From Aggregatilineales bacterium (lineage in GTDB: Bacteria > Chloroflexota > Anaerolineae > Aggregatilineales > J027): DNA of 64,000 bases. Below are positions 1 through 10,993 of this stretch, piece by piece. The stretch's first letter is position 1. Each line of letters begins with the position of its first letter. The stretch covers positions 133,564 through 197,563 of the forward strand of contig CBDCER010000001.1 in NCBI GenBank assembly GCA_965215855.1, given 5' to 3'. A program made the position numbers and the translations under genes. Below the pieces are notes generated by a model. The model ran no database searches and was not told where the DNA came from. It worked only from the letters and a program-made list of their open reading frames with translations.

Positions 1-597
1 GTAATCAAACAGATCGCGCTGAGGCAGACTGAGCATGACGACAAAACCTGGGTTATCGACGCTGAGAGGGTCGGCGCTAAACGAACTTGTGGCTGATTCT
101 GTACGGTCTGCATCGCGGGAATCGCGGGGTGGACGTGGCCGATCTCCTTCGGGACGACCATCTTCTCCTCGGCCTGGGCCGGGTCTTCCTGGACGACCAG
201 AATCACTATCACCACCACGCCCGCGCCCTGAGCGGTCATCCGCTGTTTCGGAGACCGTATCTGAAACAGGGGCGGCTACTAGCGAGGTTTGGGGTGGTTG
301 GCCGCGTCCATCGCCTTCATGACAGTCTTCGCATGAGATTGCATCGAAAAACGGCCCTACTTGAGTCTCATCAAACTCGCGCTCAAAACCTTCGTCTCCT
401 TCGTCATGGAGCGCCAGTTCGGTCGGACTCAAACCTGGGATGGCGTTTGCGAATGCCTCTTCAGAAGCATCGAAAACGGTCAATGCTCCCCCTAACATGG
501 CGCTTTCGGGGACACCGCCGCCTTGCGCCTGAACCAATCCTGTCACGGTGAGCAATAGACCCATGACCAGAATCGCCTTACTAATGCGTCGCTTCAT
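1..597 (-). CDS. Secreted di-heme oxidoreductase (DHOR/thiol oxidoreductase-like) protein, 5' part; runs off the window edge
   Basis: Not in the ORF track. ATG at 597 with GAGGAG RBS; open to base 1. Translates MKRRISKAILVMGLLLTVTGLVQAQ (signal peptide)...GPFFDAISCEDCHEGDGRG, a CxxCH heme motif in the GPxFxxxSCxxCHxxDGRG context typical of DHOR. Confidence 0.75.
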   Translation of the reverse strand, partial: MKRRISKAILVMGLLLTVTGLVQAQGGGVPESAMLGGALTVFDASEEAFANAIPGLSPTELALHDEGDEGFEREFDETQVGPFFDAISCEDCHEGDGRGQPPQTSLVAAPVSDTVSETADDRSGRGRGGDSDSGRPGRPGPGRGEDGRPEGDRPRPPRDSRDADRTESATSSFSADPLSVDNPGFVVMLSLPQRDLFDY

Positions 598-654
598 TGT
601 TTGCTCCTCTTGAACAAAATATTCGGGAACTTAACTTATTAAGTAGGTGGCGGA

Positions 655-682
655 TGTTCAGAAGTTGTTCAGAAAGTGTCAG
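655..682. promoter_or_regulatory. Tandem direct repeat, possible regulator binding site in the divergent intergenic region
   Basis: TGTTCAGAA at 655-663 and 666-674 (11-bp period), with a weaker third copy GTCAG at about 678-682. Confidence 0.3.
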
Positions 683-3600
683 GCGATTGTAAATTATATT
701 TCCTAATAAGGATTATCGCGGGGGAGGGGAAAAAGCAGGGTTTACTGAGAAGCGCATGAAAAGGGCTTATAATGAAAATATACTTATAGCAGAACATGGG
801 GAACATTAATTATGCAAGTGCCGACAACAGATACCATTCAAGGATACGAAATTCAGGAAGAAATCGGGGCGGGCGGCTTTGGTATTGTGTATAGAGCCGT
901 GGAACAGTCGGTTTTGAGGCGAGAGGTTGCCATCAAAGTTGTGTTGCCAAAGTATGCCAACCAGCCTGACTACATTCGCCGTTTTGAAAGCGAGGCGCAG
1001 ATCGTTTCGCGTCTGGAACACCCCCATATCGTGCCGTTATATGACTATTGGCGTAATCCCGATGGGGCCTATCTGGTGATGCGCTGGCTACGCGGTGGCA
1101 ATCTAAAAGCGATGATTGCTCAGGAACCGCTTAATTTAGAAACAACCGGCCACATCCTTAATCAAGTTGGGACAGCATTGGCATTGGCGCATCGGCAGGG
1201 TGTCATTCACCGCGACATCAAGCCGTCGAATGTGTTGTTGGATGAGGAAGGGAACGCTTATCTGACCGATTTTGGGATTGCCAAAGACCTGGCGGCGTTT
1301 GCTACCCAGACCGAACCAGACGTTGTCATGGGGACATCGGGGTACATGTCGCCAGAGCAGGCACGTTCGGAAACCGTGTCGCCGCGCACCGATGTTTATA
1401 GCCTGGGTGTGATGCTCTACGAGATGTTGGCGGGTGAACATCCTTTTCCAAATGTAAACAGAATTGAGCAGATATATAAGCATCTCAATGACCCGCTGCC
1501 GCTGCTGACTGGACTGGAAAATGGTGTGCAGGATGGCATTAACGACGTCATCCAGAAAGCGACTGCCAAGAATCCGGCGGAACGTTATGGTGATGTGCTG
1601 AAGTTTGTGGCGGCCTATCGAGAGGCAGCGCAACTGGGAGGCATTGCAGCGGAGAACATCTTTCTGGCTCTGACGCGGCGCGAGCAGGAAATCCTGCAAT
1701 TGATTGTGGAGGGCAAATTGAACAAGGAAATCGCCCAAAAGCTCTACATCACGGTCGGGACGGTGCGCTGGCATATCCGCCAGATTTACAAGAAACTCAA
1801 TGTTCGCAGCCGGGTGCAGGCCATCGTCAAAGCGCGTGAGTTGAATTTGATTGTACCGGCGTCGTCGGGCGAGATGGTGCGAGTCAAACCGGATACCACG
1901 CATACCTACATCACACTGCCGGAGCCGGAAAATCCCTATAAAGGCTTGCAGGCGTTTCAGGCTGCCGACTCGAAGGATTTCTTTGGGCGCGAAAAATTGA
2001 CCCAGAAACTTCTGACGCGCTTGCAGGAAGATGACCAGTATAAGCGTTTCCTGGCGGTGATTGGCCCCAGCGGTAGCGGCAAATCCAGTTTGGTCAAAGC
2101 GGGGCTGATTCCGGCTATCTGGCGCGGTGAATTGCCTGATTCTGATAACTGGTATGTGGTGGATGCCATCCCTGGCACGCACCCGCTGGATGAACTGGAA
2201 GTGGCCTTGACGCGAGTGGCGGCGGACCAGTCGCATAATCTGAATGAGCATTTGCGGCGTGATGCACGTGGGCTGGTGCGGATTGGGCAACTGATTTTGC
2301 CCGACGATGGCAGCGAACTTCTGATCGTCATTGACCAGTTCGAGGAACTTTTCACACTGGTCGAGGACGAGGACATCCGCGCTCATTATCTTGACTTGAT
2401 CTATACTGCCAGCACCGATCCACGCAGCCGGGTGCGGGTGGTGGTCACGCTGCGAGCCGATTTCTATGATCGTCCGCTGCAGTATCCCGACTTCGGCGAA
2501 CTGCTGCGTAATCGTATGGAGACGATTTTGCCGCTGACGGCTGAGGAATTGGAACGTACCATTACAAAACCAGCCCGGCAGGTCGGTGTCAAATATGCCG
2601 ATGGCGTGGTGTCGGCCATCATCGGCGATGTGAATTACCAGCCCGGCGCGTTGCCCTTGCTGCAATATGCGTTGACCGAACTGTTTGACCAACGCGACAA
2701 CCATCTCATCACCCGCGAGGCGTATCAGGCCATTGGTGGGACGGTGGGGGCGTTGGCACGGCGGGCCGATGATATTTATGGTGAATTCACTGATGATGGG
2801 CAGGCTGCTATTCGCCAGATGTTTTTGCGATTGGTCACGCTGGGTGAGGGCACGGAGGATACACGCCGTCGGGTGGCGCGTAGTGAGTTGCTGGCGATTG
2901 CGGATGATGAAGATCTGATGGATGAGATCATTGATGCCTATGCGGGCTACCGGCTGCTGTCGCTGGATCATGACCCGGCCACGCGCAGCCCAACGGTGGA
3001 AGTCGCGCATGAGGCCATTTTGCGGGAATGGGAGCGATTGCGTGGGTGGTTGCATGAAAGCCGCGAGGATATTCGCCTGCAGCGGCAATTGGCGGCGATG
3101 ACTGCTGAGTGGCTGGATGCTGGGCGGGATGCCAGCTATCTGCGGCGGGGGTCGAGTTTGCGGCAGTTTGAAGGCTGGGCGGTGGATACGGAATTGGCAT
3201 TGACTGCGGATGAACGTGCTTTTTTGGAGGATAGTGTCAACGAGCGGGAACGGCAGGCCCAACGCGAACGCGAACGACAAGCACACGAACATCGCTTGCA
3301 GAGTCGTTTTCAGCGAGCAATGCAGATGTTGGCAGGGGTGTCGCTGTTGGCGGCGGTGGTTGGTATTGGGTTGGCGCTATTCGCTTTTGGTGAGCGTAAT
3401 CGCGCTGAGGATGCGCGGGTTGAGGCTGAACGTGAATCTGATGTCAATCGCAGTTTGATGTTAGCGAATCAAGCAGTACTTTTGGAGAACGGAGATTCGT
3501 CGTTAGCACTCGGTCTGTCTCTTGAAGCTGTCAAAATCGATGACCCACCGCCGCAAGCTGTGAGTGCTTTGCGCCGAGTGTCACGTGGTTTGGGTAGTCG

Positions 3601-4572
3601 TGCTTTGATAGATGCACACGCCAATGCGGTACGGGCACTTGAAATCAGCTCTGATGGATTTATGGCTTTATCTGGAAGCTGCGCGACATTGGATGCCAGC
3701 CAGACTTGCATCGAAGGCGAGCTCATTCTTTGGGATCTGACAACCAAGCAGGAAGTGCGCCGCTTTGTCGGACATACCAGTTGGGTGAACGATGTGGTAT
3801 TTCTACCTGATGGCGAGAGTCTGGTGTCTGCGGGCGGCGATGGCGTCTTGATACGGTGGGACATGCATACAGGGACGTTGCTACAGCAATACTCAGAACA
3901 TGTTGGCAGCGTGAACTCGGTGGCTGTGCTGCCCGATGGCGGCATGATGCTTTCTGCTGGAGAGGATGGACGGATTATTATCTGGGATATTGGAGCGGGT
4001 GCAATCTCGTGGGAGTTTAGACCGGACGATCCTGAAACTTCTGATATCGAAGGTCATTCTGGCAGTGTGCATTTTGTCGTTGTGTCACCAGATGGCCAGA
4101 TGTTTCTATCTGGGTCCGATGATATGACCATGTTACTGTGGAGACTGGAGACTGGAGACGTAGTGCAACGGTTCGTCGGACACAACGCTGCAGTCATATC
4201 AGCTGTATTTGATGGGGACAACCGCATTATCTCTGCTGGTCGTGATGCGACTATCCGTCGCTGGGATATGAATGGTAACCAGCTTGTGGTAGAAGTGTTA
4301 ATTGCTCCCACGACGAATGTTGAGATCTCGAACGAATATATTCTTATCTCTCATGTTGATAGTATACAGCTTCGTGCTGCTACAAACTTGGTCTTCTATG
4401 CCTCTTCAGAGCAACTTCCGCCACATGGTGTACAGACTACCCTATCGTGCATTTCAGTTAGTCAGGATGGTCGTCTGGTACTAACTGGTTCACTGGAGGG
4501 CACATTGATTGTTTGGAATATGCCGCAGACTGATGAAGTGTATCGCTTTCCTATTGAGGAGGTATCACCTGG

Positions 4573-5791
4573 TAGGGCAATCGCATATGGATATTTCAGG
4601 GACAGACAACTTTGCGTAAATAATGATTGTCCCAGCCTGCCATTTTACGTTTGGCGGCAATACCAACGTTGACCGAAGTCTCTTGTTTGAGCAAATTGAG
4701 AGCTAAATGTCGTAGAACTGCCATGTTTTGCGGCCCATGATCTTTGCGGATACGGGATTCATCTTCACGAAAGGCAATGTCGAGAACCCAGTGCAAACCG
4801 TTCTCAATTTGCCAATGCTCACGAATGGCTTTCAGAAAATCGTGAGCAGATGCTTGCCAACTGCTGATGAAATAGCGGGTTGAGGTTTCGGTTTTCCGGG
4901 GCGTAACGCGCACCGTCACTAATTTGATGAGCGTTTTCAAGTTTTTCCAGGCCATACCACGTCGTAGATAATGACGATGTTCAGGTTCAGAGACGATCCA
5001 GACTTGCCGGAACTCCTGGCGATCATGCCCGGCACTTTCGCGCTGGGCAGTTTGATGGATGACATCCTGATAACACTCATGCTCAAACCCCTCAAACAAT
5101 ATCTGCAAGTCTTCGTACAGGGTTCCCTGGTTCTTCTTCACCGCCAGAATGTAGTCAGCTTGCGCTTCTACAATTTGCTCGGCAATCTCGGTTTGGGTAT
5201 TGAGCGCGTCCAAAGTAACCACACAGCCTGTGATATCCAGTTGAGCCAATAGCTCCGGGATGGCGGTGATTTCATTGGACTTGTCATCGACCTTCTTCTG
5301 TCCTAGCACCAGCCGGTTCTCACTGGCCCAGGCACTCACCATCCAAATCCCTTCTCGACCCTTGCGTCGATCCTGACTCCGCCGCAGCTTCTTGCCATCC
5401 ATTGCCACCAATTGTCCCTCGCTACGTTCGCACAAACTGGTTGTCCATTTCACGAAACACGCCTGGAATACGCTTTCATCCAGCCATCGGAAAAACCGTC
5501 CAAAGGTGTCATGTGACGGAATACCCTTCTCCAATTCTAAAAACTCGCCTAACCATTCCTGTTTGGCTTTCCCATAACGTTCAACATCTGTCCACCCATC
5601 AGCTCCACAGATCACGGCTAAGATGGCAATCGTTACGATATTGACCAGCGGATGTGTGATATTCTCTCCTGTTCGTGGGTCTTCGATATCCTCAAAATAG
5701 GACATGATACTGGTTTCAGAAAACATGGCAGCACCTTTTTGGCTACCATTATCATCCATGAAGGATTAAGGTTCCATATGCGATTGCCCTA
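4573..5791 (-). mobile_element. ISAs1-family insertion sequence, 1219 bp
   Basis: 19-bp perfect terminal inverted repeats TAGGGCAATCGCATATGGA; 10-bp TSD TATCACCTGG at 4563-4572 and 5792-5801; one transposase ORF. Confidence 0.95.
4596..5726 (-). CDS. ISAs1-family DDE transposase
   Basis: Motifs IEDPR, PSHDTF, DGKKLR, KSNEITAIPELL, TLDALNTQ, HWQIENGLHWVLDIAFREDESR. Start uncertain (5726 or 5759). Confidence 0.95.
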   Translation of the reverse strand: MFSETSIMSYFEDIEDPRTGENITHPLVNIVTIAILAVICGADGWTDVERYGKAKQEWLGEFLELEKGIPSHDTFGRFFRWLDESVFQACFVKWTTSLCERSEGQLVAMDGKKLRRSQDRRKGREGIWMVSAWASENRLVLGQKKVDDKSNEITAIPELLAQLDITGCVVTLDALNTQTEIAEQIVEAQADYILAVKKNQGTLYEDLQILFEGFEHECYQDVIHQTAQRESAGHDRQEFRQVWIVSEPEHRHYLRRGMAWKNLKTLIKLVTVRVTPRKTETSTRYFISSWQASAHDFLKAIREHWQIENGLHWVLDIAFREDESRIRKDHGPQNMAVLRHLALNLLKQETSVNVGIAAKRKMAGWDNHYLRKVVCP

Positions 5792-6875
5792 TATCACCTG
5801 GTGGTCTGGCGGCAGGGATGGCGATCAGCCATGACGGACGTTATTTGGCTGTTGGGACATCTAACGGAGATGGCCTGCTGTGGAACATTGAAGCTGACTC
5901 TCCTACTTATCGTCAGGTTCTTCGGCGCTTTGAAGGTCATATCGGCTGGGTCAACTTTGCCCAGTTCAGCCCCGATGACCACTATATTTTGTTTAGCTCT
6001 CTGGATTTCTTCGGTGATAGCGGTGGAGGAAGCCTAATTCTATGGGATGTTCAGACGGGCGAGCAGGTTCAATCGTACACCGGATTCCACTGGTTTCCCC
6101 AGGCGATGGCATTCTCACCAGATGGGCAGTTGCTGCTATTTGGAACTCAGGGGTCACCTCTCCACCCAGACTATGAGGGCGGGAGCGTTGGTGATCTGTT
6201 GCTCTATGATGTGCTCAGTGGCGAAGTCCTTCGTCGATTCGACCTCACGCTAGATGTATCTGGTGCTGCTTTTAGTACCGATGGCACACGTTTCTTGACT
6301 GGCTCCAGCTTTGGAAACCGAGTCGTACTGTGGGACACCGCTTCCTTGGCACCAATTATGGAAATGGAGTACGGTTGGGTCAATGATGTTGGATTTGGTC
6401 CTAATGAACAGACAGTTCTTGCAACGTCAGGCCAGGGCAATGATGTCGTGATGTGGGATGCCACGACGGGGGAGATTGTACAACGCTTTGTGGGGAACGA
6501 AGGGTATTTGCCCCTTGCCCTTAGCCCAGATGGATATTATGTAGCAGCTGGCTCAGGAGATGATACTGTCCCGGTAATTATCATCTGGGACCTGGAAACT
6601 GCACAGGAAACGCGACGATTAGTTGGGCACGACAACTATGTGTGGAATCTGGCTTATGGTCCGGATGGTACGACGCTGTACTCGACAGCAACCGATGGCA
6701 CCTTGCGCGAATGGCGCGTCGGAGATGAATCACTGGATGAATTGTTGGAATGGGCAGAAGCCAATCGCTATATCACCGACTTCACGTGCCAGCAGCGTGT
6801 GACCTATCGCATCGAGCCACTGTGCGACTGATCTACAACCTGTAAATCGCGTTCGCTTCGGACGCAGGACGCTAC

Positions 6876-6912
6876 ACGAGAAGCTCTCGACACCACGAGG
6901 GCTTTTTCTCGT
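6876..6912 (+). terminator. Probable intrinsic terminator hairpin
   Basis: ACGAGAAGCTCTCG-loop-CGAGGGCTTTTTCTCGT just after the kinase-WD40 stop. Confidence 0.5.
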
Positions 6913-6960
6913 TGGTGTATAATATCCCTATCAGCAATAACCACAGACAAGGATGGGATC

Positions 6961-7521
6961 ATGGCTATTCAAGATCGCACCTATACCCGCAGCGAGTATG
7001 AAGCCATCGTTGAGCAGTATCCCGACAAGCGAATAGAACTCATCAATGGGGAGATTTTTGAAAAAATGCCGACCCAGCTACATGCGTTTATTGTGCATAT
7101 GCTCAGTGGGTTCCTGTTCGTGTTCCTCCAAAAGAATCCCATCGGCTATGCGCTGGTTGAGGCACGTTACGGCCTGCCTGATGACCAGGAAAATGACCGT
7201 ATCCCCGATTTATCTTTCATCAACAAGGAGAAAGGTCCACTCATCGAAACAGGCCCGGCTCCTTACATGCCTGATTTGGCGGTTGAGGTGCAGTCACCAG
7301 GACAAAGTGACCGTTTCATGGTGGATAAAGCCACCTATTATCTGGCGCATGGATCACGTATGGTGTGGCTAGTTTATCCTGACAAGCGCCTGGTGGAAAT
7401 TCTGACGCCGGATGACCGCTGGTTGTTGACAGAACGCGATCATATTGAGGGCGGCGATGTGCTGCCGGGTTTCAGCCTGCGGGTCAAAGACCTCTTTCCG
7501 GACGAGGACAGTCCCAAATAA
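6961..7521 (+). CDS. Uma2 (DUF820) family endonuclease-like protein
   Basis: ELINGEI, RIPDLSF, PDLAVEVQSP, VWLVYP, DVLPGF motifs. Confidence 0.9.
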   Translation: MAIQDRTYTRSEYEAIVEQYPDKRIELINGEIFEKMPTQLHAFIVHMLSGFLFVFLQKNPIGYALVEARYGLPDDQENDRIPDLSFINKEKGPLIETGPAPYMPDLAVEVQSPGQSDRFMVDKATYYLAHGSRMVWLVYPDKRLVEILTPDDRWLLTERDHIEGGDVLPGFSLRVKDLFPDEDSPK

Positions 7522-7538
7522 GTGAAATCCCCTTCATG

Positions 7539-8258
7539 CTAGCTCTTTTCCAGGATAGCGACATAAGGTTGGCCGCCAATAATCCGCGTAATGTGCCAGC
7601 CCGTCCCGCGCAGAATATCGCACATCTCATCGGGTGACACAAACAGATAGTCGAACCAGGCTCCGATATATTGCTGGTAGCGGGCGCGAATCCGCACCTG
7701 CCCCGACATGTGTCCACGCTGGCGATTGCGTGCATGATAGTTTAGATGAACTAGTTTATCAGTGCCGTAAGGATTGAGGCATTGGGTGATGATGCGGGCT
7801 TGTGGACTGGTCATCCCCTTAAAACGCCGCAAGAGCCACTGTGCCCGGCGCGGATTGGCGAACAGGCCGAAGTTGTTGCCCATCAGCAGAATTGTGTCGA
7901 AAATGCCATGCTTGCGGCTCAATTGCGTCGCGGATAATAGTTGTGCTTGCCGCAATCCGCGCAGTTTGCAAACCTCGATTGCCAGTGGCGAGACATCAAT
8001 ACCCAGCACGTCAATGCCTTGTTGCTGCAAATGCAGTGCGTGGCGTCCGGCCCCACAGCCAATATCAAGGGTACGGCCCTGTACAAGCTCTATCGCGGTT
8101 TGTCCAGACGAGTGCCATGTGTCGAATGACGTGAAGTATTGCTCGGTCGTCGCAACGTCTACGTAGCCATCATCGCGCTCTATCACGTGGAACGTGCTAC
8201 CGATTTCGTGCTGAAAATCGTATAGTGCGTGCCCAAAGGCATCCCGGGACTGTTTCAT
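7539..8258 (-). CDS. Class I SAM-dependent methyltransferase
   Basis: TLDIGCGAGRH motif I, GIDVSP, FDTILLMGNN; ATG at 8258 after AGGAG. Confidence 0.85.
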   Translation of the reverse strand: MKQSRDAFGHALYDFQHEIGSTFHVIERDDGYVDVATTEQYFTSFDTWHSSGQTAIELVQGRTLDIGCGAGRHALHLQQQGIDVLGIDVSPLAIEVCKLRGLRQAQLLSATQLSRKHGIFDTILLMGNNFGLFANPRRAQWLLRRFKGMTSPQARIITQCLNPYGTDKLVHLNYHARNRQRGHMSGQVRIRARYQQYIGAWFDYLFVSPDEMCDILRGTGWHITRIIGGQPYVAILEKS

Positions 8259-8367
8259 GGCCGAACTCCTGATTCGTTTGTCCCCATCTATTCTACCGCG
8301 AAATGCTGGCAAAGCCGGACGGTGAGGGCTACAATCCCTGGCGATTGAGAAAGGGAAAAATCAAACG

Positions 8368-9309
8368 ATGCAAACCCGAACACTTGGCAATACCGGCGTC
8401 GAGGTTAGTGCGTTGTGCTTGGGCGCGATGTATTTCGGCAGTCGTAATGATAAAAATACCTCGTTCCAGATGTTGGATACTTATTTTGCAGCGGGCGGCA
8501 GTTTTATTGATACCGCCAATATCTACGCGCATTGGGTTCCTGGCGGCCAGGGCGGTGAGAGTGAATCGCTGCTTGGTGAGTGGATGCGGAAGCGCGACAA
8601 TCGTCACCAGTTGTTTATTGCTACCAAAGTCGGCTTTGAATATGCGGATGTTGAACGCGGTTTGACTGCGAAGCAAATCGAAGCGGAAGCCGAAAAGAGC
8701 CTCAAACGTTTGGGTGTGGATACGATTGATCTGTACTATGCCCATGCCGATGATTATCACACGCCGTTAGAGGAAACGCTAGAAGCCTTCACGCGTCTGG
8801 CGCGGGCTGGCAAGGTGCGTTTTATTGGGGCCAGCAACTATCGTGCCTGGCGGCTAGAGGAAGCGCGGGCCATCAGCGAGGCGAATGGCTGGCCGCGATA
8901 TTGCTGTGTCCAACAACGCTACACGTATATCCGGAAGCGCCCTGGCACAACATTCGATCCGCAATTAGCGGTTAATGAAGATTTGCTGGATTATGCACGC
9001 CATCGTCAGTTTCCGATTATTGCCTATTCGGTGTTGCTGAGTGGCGCATTTACACGCGGCGACCGCCCGTTTCCGAACCAGTATCTTGGCCCGGACACCG
9101 ATGCTCGCCTAAAGATGGTGCATACGATTGCGAAGGAAACTGGCGCGTCGGTCAATCAGGTGATTCTGGCCTGGATGCTGCATCATGAAGCACCGACGAT
9201 TCCACTGATTGCCGCCAGTAACCTGGATCAGATGCAAGATAATTTGGATGCGCTGGATGTTCGGTTGTCCAAAGATCAGATGCGGCGTCTGAATATGGCA
9301 GCGGGCTGA
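8368..9309 (+). CDS. Aldo/keto reductase
   Basis: LCLGAMYFG, FIDTANIY, IATK, SLKRLGVDTIDLYYAH, GKVRFIGASN. Confidence 0.92.
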   Translation: MQTRTLGNTGVEVSALCLGAMYFGSRNDKNTSFQMLDTYFAAGGSFIDTANIYAHWVPGGQGGESESLLGEWMRKRDNRHQLFIATKVGFEYADVERGLTAKQIEAEAEKSLKRLGVDTIDLYYAHADDYHTPLEETLEAFTRLARAGKVRFIGASNYRAWRLEEARAISEANGWPRYCCVQQRYTYIRKRPGTTFDPQLAVNEDLLDYARHRQFPIIAYSVLLSGAFTRGDRPFPNQYLGPDTDARLKMVHTIAKETGASVNQVILAWMLHHEAPTIPLIAASNLDQMQDNLDALDVRLSKDQMRRLNMAAG

Positions 9310-9453
9310 TGTCGCGGTATTGGTGGCTGGGGGCGGGGTTGCTCGCCCCTTTTGATATGCGGATGCTGTCCAAATCACAACAGGCGTTTCTGGAGAGCAT
9401 CGCCAGGCAATAAATGTCACATAACGTGATTGCTCTGCGCGAAAATATCTGGA

Positions 9454-10590
9454 CTATTGCAGCGGCAGGCTGACGGTAAATACAGTGCCTTTGCCCAGCT
9501 CGCTTTCAACCCAAACCTCGCCTTTGTGTTGCTCAACAACAGCCTTTACAATTGCCATGCCCAGCCCAGAGCCAGTTTGTTCCATATGCGTTGAGCGATC
9601 TACCCGGTAAAATCTCTCGAAGATGTGCGGTAAGGCAGTTTCGGGAATACCGAGGCCGGTATCGCGCACTTGTATTAGAGTCTTAGAGCCTTCGACACCA
9701 GCCCATATCTCGACACGCCCGCCATTGGGCGTATATTTGATAGCATTCGAAACGAGATTGTGAATCACATGTTCGAAACGACCGGCAGCCAGATGCACGA
9801 TGACATCATCGGAGGGCGGGGAAAAGACGATTTCAATTTGCTTGTTTTCGGCGGCAAACTCGAACTCCTGAAGAGCATGTTCCAAATAGGCGGCCAGTTG
9901 GATGGGTTCGGTTTTTAGCTCCAAGCCTTCCTCAGCGCGGGCCAGGTCCAGGAGGTCACTGACCAAGCTTTGCATCTTTTCTGCACCGCGCTCAATCATA
10001 TCGACATAGCGGGAAGGCTCGCCCTCTGGTTGCAGGGTTTGACGCAACATGAACACCCCGCCAAGAATGGAGGTGATGGGGTTTTTCAGATCGTGCGACA
10101 CCATTCGCAACATATCATCTTTGAGTTTCAGCATCTCGTCTTTCAGATGGGCAACTTCTTCCAGATAGTTGCGTTCCCAGACGCGCAACTGGCGGTTTTC
10201 CATGATTTGCCAGCGGAGTTCGAGGTGCGTGCGGATGCGGGCCAACACTTCTTCGTAGTGGAATGGTTTGCTGATGTAATCGACGCCGCCGACGCGGAAG
10301 CCCATCATCACTTCTGGAACCTGGGAATGGGCGCTGATGAAAATGACCGGAATATCTTTGGTGTTTTCCTCAGACTGTAATTCCATGCAGACTTGATACC
10401 CGTTCATTTCTGGCATAGCAACATCCAGTAGAATCAGGTCAGGCTCCCATTCGGGGATGGTCTCCAGAGCTTCTCGGCCACTGGATGCCATCCGAACATT
10501 GTAGCCCGATTCAATCAGAACGGTTTCAAGCAGTTTTAGGTTACCCGGTGCGTCGTCAACGACAAGTATATTGGCAAGATTCTCAGTCAT
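9454..10590 (-). CDS. Hybrid response regulator (REC) - histidine kinase, cytoplasmic
   Basis: ILVVDD, ILLDVAMP, DYISKPF; H-box SHDLKNP; NLVSNAIKYT, DTGLGI, FERFYR, GSGLG. Confidence 0.92.
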   Translation of the reverse strand: MTENLANILVVDDAPGNLKLLETVLIESGYNVRMASSGREALETIPEWEPDLILLDVAMPEMNGYQVCMELQSEENTKDIPVIFISAHSQVPEVMMGFRVGGVDYISKPFHYEEVLARIRTHLELRWQIMENRQLRVWERNYLEEVAHLKDEMLKLKDDMLRMVSHDLKNPITSILGGVFMLRQTLQPEGEPSRYVDMIERGAEKMQSLVSDLLDLARAEEGLELKTEPIQLAAYLEHALQEFEFAAENKQIEIVFSPPSDDVIVHLAAGRFEHVIHNLVSNAIKYTPNGGRVEIWAGVEGSKTLIQVRDTGLGIPETALPHIFERFYRVDRSTHMEQTGSGLGMAIVKAVVEQHKGEVWVESELGKGTVFTVSLPLQ

Positions 10591-10993
10591 TTAGCTTCCT
10601 TTTGCAACACCGTTATCCTCTTTTAGGCAAAGTCTGTCGAACGGCCAACCCAATTTCTCGCTCTCGGCTCCATTGATCAATGAGCAAGTTCCCTTGAAGC
10701 TGGTGGGACTAAGTATGCGATGCCCTGCAAGTTATGGAAGATGCATCCATGTCCATCTGTAACCGGTGTGCTGATATTTCGTGTTCAGAATAACCATTTC
10801 TGTCTTGTTTGACAAGGGAAAAGCTGAATAGGCGCGAGATTCGGGCAAAATGAAATTATAACAGTTTGGAACGTTGGGGATTTTCGCAGCAATCGAACAT
10901 TTGGATTTGAGAGATTTTGCAAGCAGGGTAGATAGATTTTGATAGTAGTCTGATGATAGGCTCTGGGCAACCGTACATCACAAGGGAAAAACC

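Larger units (their letters stand above)
812..6831 (+). pseudogene. Ser/Thr kinase - LuxR HTH - STAND (nSTAND1-like) NTPase - TM - WD40 protein, interrupted by ISAs1
   Basis: Kinase (GAGGFG, HRDIKPSN, DFG), LuxR HTH (LTRREQEIL...TVRWHIRQIYKKL), STAND (NPYKGL, FFGRE, GPSGSGKSS, IDQFEELF), one hydrophobic helix, then WD40 repeats. Removing 4573-5801 joins ...EEVSPG to GLAAGMAISHDG... in frame, giving 1596 aa. Confidence 0.92.

Noticed and set aside
35-551. Plus-strand ORFs of 95 and 154 aa
   Set aside because: Shadows of the minus-strand heme protein gene, which has an RBS, signal peptide and CxxCH motif.
1136-3292. 718-aa antisense ORF
   Set aside because: Lies wholly opposite the kinase-STAND gene with no recognisable motifs; long antisense ORFs arise from codon bias.
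5818-6831. Stand-alone 337-aa WD40 gene
   Set aside because: It is the in-frame 3' remainder of the IS-split gene starting at 812.
10591-10993. Long intergenic region as a riboswitch or sRNA
   Set aside because: No recognisable conserved motif or strong structure by eye; an Rfam scan would be needed.
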